Shown here piece by piece: positions 1 through 19,099 of a stretch of DNA of 64,000 nucleotides. Positions within the stretch are counted from its first letter, which is position 1. Each line of letters starts with the position of its first letter. Both the position numbers and the translations under genes were made by a program. A model generated the notes under the pieces. The model made no database searches. It saw only the letters and a program-made list of their open reading frames with translations, and had not been told where the DNA came from. The stretch is from Lingula anatina. Its lineage: Eukaryota; Animalia; Brachiopoda. Location: the NCBI GenBank assembly GCA_051362555.1, contig CM120645.1:11222001-11286000 (forward strand). The letters are read 5' to 3'.

Positions 1-1624
1 TCGTGGTAATAGTTATTCTGTGATTTTCTTCAAAGTGAAGTAATCCAGCAAATTCAACGGCAGTCAAAATGTAGGGGACATTACAGTGAGTGGGAGATGG
101 GCCAGTCCCATCTCCACTGATGCTGAGTCATTGCTTGGTAAATTCTCTAGCAAAAGCATCTTTATATCCAGTGCAAGGCCAGGATTTCCATCACACTTGT
201 CACAATGTATTCAGCACTTTCCTTGGCAACACCATCATTTTCTTGGCAACACCATCATGTATGCTCTGGTAATGATAAAAAATATATTCACTTTTATATC
301 TGTCATTTCTGTTTTGATATGTACAATAGCTTACTTCAAAAATAAAATATTTGAAAATGTATGAACACTAAAACAACCAAAAGGACTGGATTTCACACCA
401 CCAAATTTTATCGAATAAATTTACTTTGAAAATAAGAAGGAATATGAATGGTGTTTGTGTATTGTGAGAAACTTAGAATTTATCTTTTCAATAAAGATTT
501 AATGAGTTTTATACCTCTTCTGTGAGTTACTGAATTCTCTTTTCATGTTCTTGAGTCAATCCTCCTGATCTCACACCTCTTCCAAGCCTTGTACTACTGG
601 ACCTAGAAGTGCTATGTATCACTGCCAACTCTACTAAACCTTTATACAGGGCTTTTTTTCTAATGAGGCTGACATCACAAGATAGTATGCTGTAAAATAA
701 TAATAAAACTAATAATAATAATAATTGGCACTGATTCAATTGCATGCTAGTAATAATATTGTGAACTGTTCAAAATGGGTTTCACTTCAATTAATCATTG
801 TCCTGCACTCAAGCGTATCAATTGTTATCCCTAAACTATAAGATTTTTGTATGTGTGGATTATTACATGTGAATATAGGTGAGGGTAAGGTGGGTCCTAC
901 ACATTACTATCAAAACTAAGGAATATGCCAGATTAACTAAAAGGCCTGTATTATTTAAAAATAACAGAAAACTCTTTACCTCAGGGAGCTCTTTACCCTC
1001 TAGTTCTGGACTGCTCTGACTGCTTGCCTCATCAACAATAGGCCTACTCTCGATCTGAAAAGTATAAAAACAGATCGACTAGAAAAGCAAGATAAGATAC
1101 GTGTGTGCGTAGCACAAAATTCAGGCACTCCTATTGACGATTTTGACATCTGCATGATGCTCACCACTACTGCCAGTAAGTATCAAAATCGTCTGGAACG
1201 CATTTGTAGTCCGTGCTACGCTGTGCGTGCAAATCGCGATGTCAAAATTGCGGCTCAGAAAGCATAGCAAACAACAAAAAAAGTAACAGTCGTTCATAAA
1301 TATCCAACCGAAAAGGGCTGGTTCAGTTGACCCGAAAAATATCACTGTCTCTAATCATGTCGCCGGTATATTTCCTGGTACAAGTTACTCATTCGGTGAA
1401 TCGGCATTGAGAATTACGGCATCAAGCACTGTTGACATAATAAGCTACACTCCGTCGTAAATATTTCCAAGCCATTCGTTGATTTTTGGACTATTTTAAC
1501 CGACGAGAAGTTAAATGAATTCTTTAAATGTTTAAGTGCACAAACCTGTTCACGAACAATGAAGGGAGAGAGTTTTAACTAACGTGCATCTGTAAACGAC
1601 TTACTTCGAACTCCACCGCGCCAT
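1..1624 (-). other. Putative spliced transcript (lncRNA, micropeptide or 5' UTR of a gene outside the window)
   Basis: Chain of canonical splice signals on the minus strand: ATGGCGCGGTGGAGTTCGAA|gtaagt (1624-1605), tttcag|1054-980|gtaaag, ttctag|602-531|gtaact, ccag|265 onward. CCAAT motif near 1672. No long ORF; skipping 980-1054 gives only 40 aa. Confidence 0.3.
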
Positions 1625-1987
1625 ATTTGTTTCTCCTAGTGTACGAGTGCTATTTTAGGCAACGCACTCTGATTGGCTAAAACCTTGCGGTGGTCGTCTT
1701 CTCTTTTTTGGGGAGAGGACGTTCTCCAATACAGACTCGAATGTGAAATAATTGATTATTTTGATTGCCGTCTACCTCAAAGGCGAATTTTGGTTTAGAT
1801 CGTGACCTTCATATATAAGAAAAAGTTTGGGATATGTTTTATTTTCCCTCATATCGGAAAGACCCCCTTTAAGTATTTTGTGGTGTTTTATTACTGCTGA
1901 AGAAATTGAAACAAACTGTTCATATTTTGTTTCATTCATAGCATTATAAGCTACAAAGACAAAATTGGTAAAATCAACCAATCAGTG

Positions 1988-4007
1988 ATGGGATTGTTGC
2001 CGCTCCTTGTTCTGGTATTGATGGTGTGTGTCTCGGTCATTGACTCACAAGGTAAGTAGAGGGGCCAGACTGACCACTGACAGAGAACAATATATATATA
2101 TATATATATATATCCGAAAGAGAGTCAGTAATCAGACAGTATATGCACGTCCACAATACTGGGTAGCAACATTGGGACATGGGCAACATGGCGCCAATCT
2201 TGAGAGCGCGCTCTCATAGAATATGCATCATATTTGGCTCTTAATTCATAAATTTGGGAAAATGAAAGACTAAACTAAGTTCAAAATTTTACCTCTGCTT
2301 TTCATATATTTATGCTGGCACATAAAAATACAACAGGGTGAACTGGAAGTGATAACATCTTCACCTTTATATGAAATCAAATCTTTGCAACTCAACCTGC
2401 ACATCAACCAATTGCAACCGGATGGCCTTGTGGTCAAAGTGCCCATCTCCAGAACAGGAGGATGTGGGTTCGACCCTGTCCTGGAACAAACAAGTCCTTA
2501 ATAAATGGTACATGCTGTCTCCCTTCTTGGCATTTGGCACATAACATAGGAGGGGTTGAAACGGGTAATTTCCCCGATTTGACAATGAGAAACATTGTTT
2601 ATGTATTGGCTCTGAGCACCTAATAAGGCAGTCGGGCTGTGTTTTTCCCAGGGAGGCAAAAGCATCTCCACCCAGTGTGTATATTGACTAGGTACCCATT
2701 ATATATCCATTATATATCCATTATATATGTCAGCACGTCCATGATACTGGGTAACAACAGTGGGACATAAGCACCATGGCGATGATTTTGGGAGCACCTT
2801 TTCTGCTTAGAATATACATTGTATTGTGCTTATATTGATTATTTTTATTTTCATTTCAATCACACTTAGGCCACAATAACACAAATGATGATAAAAGAAA
2901 GGGACATGTCTTATCCAGTTGCCAGCTTTAAATTTTTTTAATTTGTTTTTAGCAAGGTGTGGGGAAAATGGCGTATGCACTCTTGAATCCTTTGGGCTAC
3001 ATGTTCCTTTCATGAATGAGAGGTGCCATGCAAAATATGGCTACCGATGTGTTTGTGCCTATGGTTACGAATGGGACGGATTTAATTGCACCAGTAAGCA
3101 TTACAAATTCTTCAGATTATTTATAGGGTTTGAAATCTGGGAGTATAAATAATAAAAATTAATAATAAAAGCTCAGACAATTTTTTCATTTATTAACTCT
3201 CAATAAACAGTTAATATTATCACCTTATTAAATTAAGAAGGGGCTATTTTTATCTGTCACAAAAGAGCAAGTGATTAAATTCAGAGCAATTTTAAAACTG
3301 TCTTGCTTGCTGTCAAGGGGACTTTGCTTGGGTCAGTGCCTGAGCAGTTACCACCCATGTAATCAACCTAGAGATTTCATTACAGGGTCAGAGATAGTAA
3401 AATGACCGTCTATTTATCTAAAGACATATTTGTGAATATCCTGTGAAAAGTCAAGCAGTGGCCCTGGTAGAGGGTAGGCAGACAACATGGGTTGGGACTA
3501 ACCCATGTGTACTGCCAGGGCCTATGCTGGTGGTGTAATTAATTCTAGTACTTTAATTCCATATACATTATCTATATATGTAAACTGAAAGAGCATGCCT
3601 AACATGCAATTGTGTTTGCAAATTTTATTTTTAGACTTCTGCAATCCTAACCCTTGTCTCAATGGTGGGACTTGCACAAAGTCATCTGAATATGGTTTCC
3701 AATGCACCTGTACCATTCATCATTCTGGACAATATTGCACTGCAGGTAAGATTATAAAGACTTAGATAACAGAAAATGGTTCAGAGTTAATGTGCAGAAA
3801 AAAGTAGAAACTAAAGGATCAGAGAGGCGATACTGCCTCCGGATATTGTACCACCAGCTGGAGTAAGCGCATTCGAATGGAACCCCCCCCCCCCCAAAAA
3901 AAAAAAAAAGGGACACCACAATCAGTCTTGTGCTTGACAAGCTCTGTGCAATAAATAAGAATTCTCAAAATATGCAAAAAAAAAAAATAATAATAATAAA
4001 TAAATAA

Positions 4008-4042
<35 letters not shown>

Positions 4043-5034
4043 CATAACATAAAATGGTCCAATCAAGCAGATTTTCCAATTGACCTGTATTTTCCTAACA
4101 TTGATCACTCCTGTGATTTTCTAGACAATAGGCCTATTGGTTTTCCTTGAAATGTGTTATCAGTGTTGCATATATGCTGACAAAAGAGAAAACTTACGGG
4201 CAACACTGGGCATATCTCTACTAGTTTTGAAGATATGAGGGGCAAGAAAATACTCTATTGACTTCTTATTCAAGTTCAATAGTAACTGGGCATTTCATTG
4301 CCAATTTTGGAGACATAAAGGCCAGAAAACATGCAAAGTACAGTTCATCATAAAAAGTAGGTCAAAGGTCAATTTCAAGGTCACAGTTAGATTGCCAGTA
4401 TATGACTTCCCACTCAAGTTTAACAATAACTATGGACATATCTCTGCCAGTTTTAGAGATATAAGGGCTCAAAAATGTGCAAATTTAATGTCAATTTAAT
4501 CTTAATTTAATGTCATAACTTAGTCTTCATGGTATCATACCCGTAATTTGCAATTTGTCTGTACATAAAAATGTGGAAATATATATTGTGACCTGTTATA
4601 ATAAAATACCGACACATAAAAAATACATTAGGGTGAACTGGAAGAGAGAACATCTTCACCTTAATATGAAATCAAATCTTTACAAGTACATCTGCACATC
4701 AACCGACCAGATGGCCTTGTGGTAATAGTGCTCGTCTCTAGAACGGGAGGACGTGGGTTCAACCCTGTTTGGGGACATACCAGTCTTTTATAAATGGTAC
4801 CTCCTGTCTCCCTGCTTGGCCATTGGCACTTAGATTAGTAGGAGTTGACAGTGAAAGACACTGTTCGTGTGTTAGCTCCAACTGTCTAATACAGAAACCA
4901 GGCTGTCTCCTCACCAGGGAGGTTAGTGCGTCACCACCCAGTGTATATATTGACCAGGTGCCCATGTTACATCCATTATAAATATATACCTACAACTTTA
5001 ACCTATTGGGTTGCTACTTCATTATAAACATGTA

Positions 5035-5073
<39 letters not shown>

Positions 5074-6147
5074 GCAGTGATGCAACATTCATTACTGTAC
5101 TACGTCATTTGGAGGCATGGATAAATAGGTCAATTTAGACCAGAAATTTAAGAAAGTGCAGTTAAAGCTATTTTTTGACCTTCCAAGTGATAAACTTGGT
5201 TTATTCTCTGGCTTGTCAACATTATTTGTTAGGGAAAATAAATAGATGGAAATTAGTACATATCGTCTATTTGAATTGTTTTTTAATCTCAGTTAATGTC
5301 AGCAGACGGATAATTTAGTGTCAAAATCATTCCTGTAAGTTTGAAAATGATAAATAAAGTGGATTTTTCTTTATGAGAAGTACTCAGCAACACCAGCAAT
5401 ATAATGATGATGATGATGCCAAACACAGGCAATCGCTTTATGTACAGACAACAAGTGTCGATATCTGTACATGATTTTTTTTTATTTTAATCGCACTAAG
5501 CCATAATAACACAAATGATGATAATAGAAAGGGACATGTCTTGACCAGGTGCCAACTAATATTGATTTTTTTTTATTTTTCAGTGAGGTGTGGGGAAAAT
5601 GGCATATGCTTTTACAAACCCTTTGGGGGATATGTTCCATTCTTGAATAAGAGGTGCGATGAAAAATATGGCTACCGATGTGTTTGCAACAATGGTTATG
5701 AAGGGGATGGATTTAATTGCACTAGTAAGCATTTCAAACTCTTCAGATTATTTATAGGGTTTGAAATCTGGGAGTATAAATAATAAAAATAAATAATAAA
5801 ACCTCAAACAATTTTTTTCATTTATTTACTTTAATTAAACAGTTAATTTTATCATCTTATTCAATTTTTAAATTAAATGTCATAACATAACTTAGTCTTC
5901 ATGGCATCATATCCGTAATTTTGATTACTACTTTATTTGACATGTTGCGCAATGATTGGTGGTTTGCTTTATAGCTGAAAACCTGAATTGTTGTTTTCTT
6001 TGCTGTTATCAAAACTAAAAATAAAACTAAAGGATAATTGCTCACCTTTTTTATAATCTTGAGTTGTAAAGCAATACAATGAATACACTAAAATGTGATC
6101 ATGCTGTTCATAAAATATTTTTCTTTTTTACAGAGAGTACCAAATAA
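1988..6147 (+). CDS. Small secreted protein with three EGF-like domains (about 156 aa)
   Basis: Exons 1988-2051 (signal peptide MGLLPLLVLVLMVCVSVIDSQ), 2953-3093 (EGF-like), 3635-3745 (Notch-type [16 protein letters not shown]...CTC...GQYC), 5584-5724 (paralog of exon 2), 6134-6147 (KSTK stop). All introns GT-AG and phase 1; frame is continuous. Confidence 0.75.
2420..2700 (+). mobile_element. tRNA-derived SINE (copy 1)
   Basis: A-box TGGCCTTGTGG (about 2423) and B-box GGTTCGACCC (about 2467), then a body (aaatggtac..ctgtctccc..cttggc) shared with the copy at 4710-4980; resembles MetaSINE-type cores from memory. Confidence 0.7.
3810..4480 (-). mobile_element. Truncated copy of Helentron-type family A (3' end plus degenerate 146-bp monomers)
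   Basis: 3812-3960 is the reverse complement of the 3' end of the 19100-23344 element (hairpin gaggcgatactgcctc, subTIR tattgtaccaccagc); 4200-4470 holds degenerate monomers (aaaagtaggtcaaaggtcaatttcaaggtcac). Confidence 0.85.
4710..4980 (+). mobile_element. tRNA-derived SINE (copy 2)
   Basis: A-box TGGCCTTGTGG and B-box GGTTCAACCC; same body and position as copy 1 within the duplicated unit. Confidence 0.7.
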
Positions 6148-6449
6148 ATCTCCCAAAGAAGACATTTATTTCAAGCGACCAGAACCTTGCAATTATCTAA
6201 GAATCACCAATGGAAGTAAGATTTATTCAGAGAAGCACTGATAAAATCATAACGGTTCCACCTTTAGTGTATCAATTTGATTCATACAGATGAAAAAAAA
6301 ATTGGCATTGCATTTGGTATTTTTTCAGTGATTCCTCAATGAATGTGATATGAAAATTGCCATTATTCATATTGACAATATGAGAACGTCTTACCTTACA
6401 GGTATAGGACAGCACTATTACCTGTACTGTGACATACTAGTAAGTGAAC

Positions 6450-7240
6450 GATTTGATTTGATTTATTTCAAATTTAAAATGAATCTTATACATAAAATTT
6501 TATCCATGAAAACATATTAAATACATGGTTTACACAATGAAGTATAAAACTAATTTCCATTGTGACCAGTCCATTTGTATTTGACAAGATCATGTGACCA
6601 GCACAAAATGATAAAATTTTAAAAGGTTTATAAATTACAGATATTAAAAACAAAAATTATTAAATAAGATTAAACTATTTTTAAATAAAATATAAAGGGG
6701 TCTGCCTCTAAATTCCTAAGACAATCAAAAAAAAAAAATAATAAACTAAACTTTTGAACTGACACATTTCACAAGGAATGGAAGCTCATTCCATAACACA
6801 GTACCAGAATATTTAAAAGAAGCCTTACCAAATGATCTTACAGTGTGAACCTAAAAGACATGGCACCATATCTAATGTTCATGTTGTGTCTTAAATATAT
6901 TCAAAATCAGAGGATAAATAATTCAGACTATTGTTCTCTGAAATATTAGTTATACGTTTAGGTTGACTGACTCGTAGGTCAATGGGCAGCATACCAACTG
7001 TTGAAAATTCATGAGCCCCATTGTGCTTTTCAGGTGGTAAATTCAGTAAAAAGCGAATTATTTTATTCTGGGTGCGCTGGAGTTTTTGCTTAAACCCATG
7101 TACCAAGATCAACTTCCACAGTCGAGGTGACATTGTATAAGGGCAAAAACCAACATTTTAAAATTTTGTCTGTTTATAAGGAAATTTTAATTTGGGATTT
7201 GACTTGGCTGTTATGTGAACTGTCATGTCCTCACCTGTTA
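6450..7240 (-). mobile_element. Degenerate 3' fragment of an L2/Crack-like LINE
   Basis: Broken ORF2 C-terminal peptides KLQRTQNKIIRFLLNLPP...VGMLPIDLRVSQ and VRSFGKASFKYSGTVLWNELP; 3' tail aataaatcaaatcaaat at about 6450-6468. Confidence 0.75.
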
Positions 7241-7299
7241 GTAGCATACAGATATTTAACTAGGCTTTGACATTGTGAATAGACAAGAGTGCTCAGTTT

Positions 7300-7498
7300 T
7301 ATTGGTCCTCTCTACAATCCAATTCAGGAAATGACGTAACCGCAGAGGTCGCATTGTCCAATGGCATAGCTTCTTTTTCGTAATGGTAGGTTAGAGAGGA
7401 CCGATATAAACATCAGAGGTGGAATTTTGATTTACGGTTTGATTGATGCACGGAATTAACAAACGAGCGACGGGATGATGTAGCCTGCAGTATTTGCG
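7300..7498 (+). promoter_or_regulatory. Candidate upstream promoter and non-coding first exon of NAMPT
   Basis: CCAAT motifs (7301, 7319, 7358), CRE-like TGACGTAA (7332), local CpG enrichment, donor GCG|gtaagc at 7498/7499; matching acceptor ttgcacatttcag|8424 lies 13 nt before the NAMPT ATG. Confidence 0.4.
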
Positions 7499-8436
7499 GT
7501 AAGCGTGCCAAGTTTTAGGCCGCTCCGATGCCCGGCAGTATTTTATTTCGATTATTATGTTTAAGTTGGATGAGTTTTGTTTCACAAGCTCTTTCTATTT
7601 TATTGTCTCCATGGAGGTATATGGGGACTTTACGACATTCGGTTTGAAGGCTTTAACCACTTGTTATAGTTTATTTTTGCATTGTATTGGATTAATGTGG
7701 CAGTCCAAGGTCGTCCTGGGTGGTTTTCAAGTTTATGCACCGGGTTTTAATATCATTTAGCGATTTTACGACAACCGTTTACTATCCAATCAAGGTGACA
7801 GCCGAGCGTGGTCACACACACTTAGTAAGGTCACGGAGTGACCGAATGCTCAGCAAGGTACAGCTTCAAGTCAGTGTAGAAAATGAAAAGTTTAATCTCA
7901 CAACATAATACAAACACTACACAGGTGAATTTCTATCAGAATGGGAACGTCTTAAGCGATAAACGAATGATACTCACGATATCATCCTGCTGCATGCAAG
8001 TTATGTCTGATGCTCTTCCGAATCTCAGCACTAATAACAAATCTTCTGTGTTTAAAATGACACTGTCTACTTCTTGTTTTGACGATAACGTAGGTAACAA
8101 AACACTCATTTCCCTGAATTTTTCTTAACATCAAATGGGAAAACTACTGTCAATCGATAACGCACAGGGGACAATACTGCAAGATACGCCCACCGGTAAA
8201 TCACAAGACGTTTGTTAGTTAAAAAAAAACAAAAAAGAAATTCAGGTAGATTCTAACAAAGGCATTTTACCTAAAAGATACAATAAACATATACTACGAT
8301 ACCAATGCAACTGAGTTTTATATAAAAAGTGTTGGCAAAACCAAACAGGCGACAGATGGCGCTACAAGAGGCAAGCACCAGGGACCGTGATGTCATCACT
8401 TTTTGCTTATTTGCACATTTCAGCTTAGTTCTCAAC

Positions 8437-16487
<8,051 letters not shown>

Positions 16488-18078
16488 TCTGGTTCCATAG
16501 CCACAAGACAGTTGGAGAGGAGGAACTCAGTGTGTTATAAAGTTACTGTAATAAAGCCACCGTTTTTGAAACTTTTTTGAAAAACAAGAGATAGATAGTG
16601 GGTCAGTATCAGTCTGAAATGATGAACAGCTTGTATGCTAGAAAAAAAAAAACAATTAAGTTCACCTGACACTGGTAATCTTAAATCATCAACAACGAAT
16701 ATTAAGACTTCCAAAAAGCAACATAGCTGTTTGGCATATGGTGTTGAGGTTAAGACCAGCACTTAAAGAAACCATGAGAAGAAAACTTAATGGAAAATGT
16801 TTATTTTGAAGAGCATTTTCTGCACCTGGTAAATTTCTGAAGGTCACTCATCACCTTTATCCCGGTAGCAAAAAGAAATTAGAAGAAGAGGAAGCTAAGA
16901 AAGTATGGTATCATTTCTGTGCGAAGAATTTATATTAACTGTATAGCTTAGCTGAAGAAAATGTAAAAGCAGTTCAAGAAAAGATCATTGACCAATTCAT
17001 CCAGAATGTCCTACTATAAGCACTGCACTTCTGTCCTCTGAGCTAGGAGTACCGCAGTGATGGTTGACTCTCTATGTATGCGCAATTCATGTGATAAGAT
17101 GATATATAGACACTTATGTGTACAGTGTACATATTAAATACAGGTAGAACCGCTTTATATGTGATTTTTCTTTTTGGGATTTATAATTGATGAGATTTCC
17201 AAGGAGAAGTATTTCACATACTCTGGCCCTCAAACATACTGTAGTTTAATTTGACATTTAGGAACCAAAGATACTTGTGATGTTGCATGTTTTTATTACT
17301 AATTTCTGGTGAATGCTGGTAATTCCAAGTAATCTGATGACAAAAATTATTATCAGTCATGACAATTACCCCAAGACCCTAAGAGTTTGCAGTCCCAACT
17401 ATAAGAAATGATTGAAATATTTTACACTGTGATGTCAGCTGCAGATATTTATACTCTTCACAGTATTATTACATCTACTGACCGGACCAAGAATGAGGCA
17501 CAGTATTCTTCAAAGTGTTACAATAGTTACAACATTTAAGAAAACTATTACAATATTTATGCTTTCATGGGCTTAGAATTATCCCAGCATTCTATAACCA
17601 ACTGATGGCTATGAGCTTTATTAATAGATTTAGGCAGACATCAGAATATTAGACTGAGGTAAACAATGATATTACAGTATTAGTTGTTGATTGAACAAAA
17701 TCACTTAACTCTTTTAACATGCCACAGCTGATGAAATTCTTCTCTTCGTCAACAGCATTTTGAAAACCCACACATGAAGTTCTACTGTCTCTTAGTAGAC
17801 AATCAATATGACAATGGCAACATTGAAAGACATTTTAAGTCCAGAAATAGTTGGCAAACAGTGTGTTTGTATTCATCATTCTATCAGCTAGCTGTCCAGT
17901 AATTTTCACAAACCAACTACATGAGCTGAACAGTAAAATCATATTTACTGGTGCTTAAAATGGTGCCTGGGCTCCCTGTTATAACACAGATGTTATTATG
18001 ATACATTGTTTTGTTTATTTTACATCGTCCTTTAATAACTATTATTGGATTTGCAGCCTCAGTGTCAATAATGACAAA

Positions 18079-18251
18079 GGCCGCATTCAGAATAGTGGAC
18101 TTGCCAGTCCCAGGACCAAATATGACCGACCCACTTGAATACCTCGCCGTGGGGAATCTATTCAGTGTCTATTAGCTGATAAGATGGCAAGCTTTTTAGT
18201 GGGTCCCCCTATTTGACCCACGGACTAGTTAGTCCACTGTTATGAAAGACC
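18079..18251. mobile_element. Degenerate palindromic MITE-like element
   Basis: Imperfect inverted arms: aatagtggact..agtccc...gacccact versus agtgggtc...ggactagttagtccactgtt. Confidence 0.45.
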
Positions 18252-19099
18252 ATGCTTTGTCCTCTTCCTTGTGGATCTTCACTGCTGGTCTTATGTTATG
18301 CCTAACTTGTTATGTCATTGTAAAGGTACCAATTAATGTAAGTCCTCTTGGGGTCACATTTTGTAATTAACTTAATTATAAGTTCTATAATAGTCTAATA
18401 ATGGGTGATGCTAAATGAATATTTACTTCATCTGGCCATCTTGTTGACTGGGTAACTTCATGAAGCAATGAGACGAGAATTCTACATCTTGGAATTGTTA
18501 AACTGACTATTATTAATATTGACTCAACTATGTTGAAGAAGTCCTATGTCATTTTGTTAAATTCTTTTCTTGTGTATATTTAGTAAATTTCAAGCTTTCA
18601 GACTTTGGGCTTAGCAGATCATTGTCACTTGTATAAGGTCAGATACTTGCACATATACTCTACAATTGTTCGTCTCTGTATACCTATGTGCAATACTGAA
18701 AATGTTTTGTTGTAAACATTGTCATAATTGAGATTACAGCAGGTTACGTTATTTGAAGTAAACATTTCAAGTCACATTGCTCAGCATGCGAATCACTGTA
18801 TCGTAGCACACAATTCTGCTTTGACCAATAACTTTACTTTTATTAGGTTGACAAGTTACGTTTATATTAAATTACATTTTGTACTCTAAATATTATTAGG
18901 TAAATGGATTTTGTATTCTTTACCTGATTTGACTAACCTGACCTTTTTAGACTTGGTTTTATACATGTGCTCAGTCACATTAATTTTGTTTTCCCTTTAT
19001 ACTGGCAAAATATGCATGATGCCGTTTTGATACTTCTCTCAAAAAGCTTCCAATGATTTTGTACTTAAGTCAATGTCTCATTCGTAATTTATTTGTTTC

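Larger units (their letters stand above)
2318..5922 (+). repeat. Intragenic tandem segmental duplication (unit 1 about 2318-4550, unit 2 about 4610-5922)
   Basis: Both units contain gggtgaactggaag..aacatcttcacc, the SINE, acacaaatgatgataa..agaaagggacatgtctt, the 141-nt EGF-like exon, a nearly identical intron start, and the ttagtcttcatgg.atcata.ccgtaattt tail (about 4520-4550 versus 5892-5922). Confidence 0.85.

Noticed and set aside
2420-2490. tRNA gene
   Set aside because: Has A and B boxes but no convincing cloverleaf and continues into a SINE body shared with 4710-4980.
16488-16580. Stop-codon readthrough extension of NAMPT
   Set aside because: About 30 open codons is unremarkable and the TAG-T context is not a known leaky signal.
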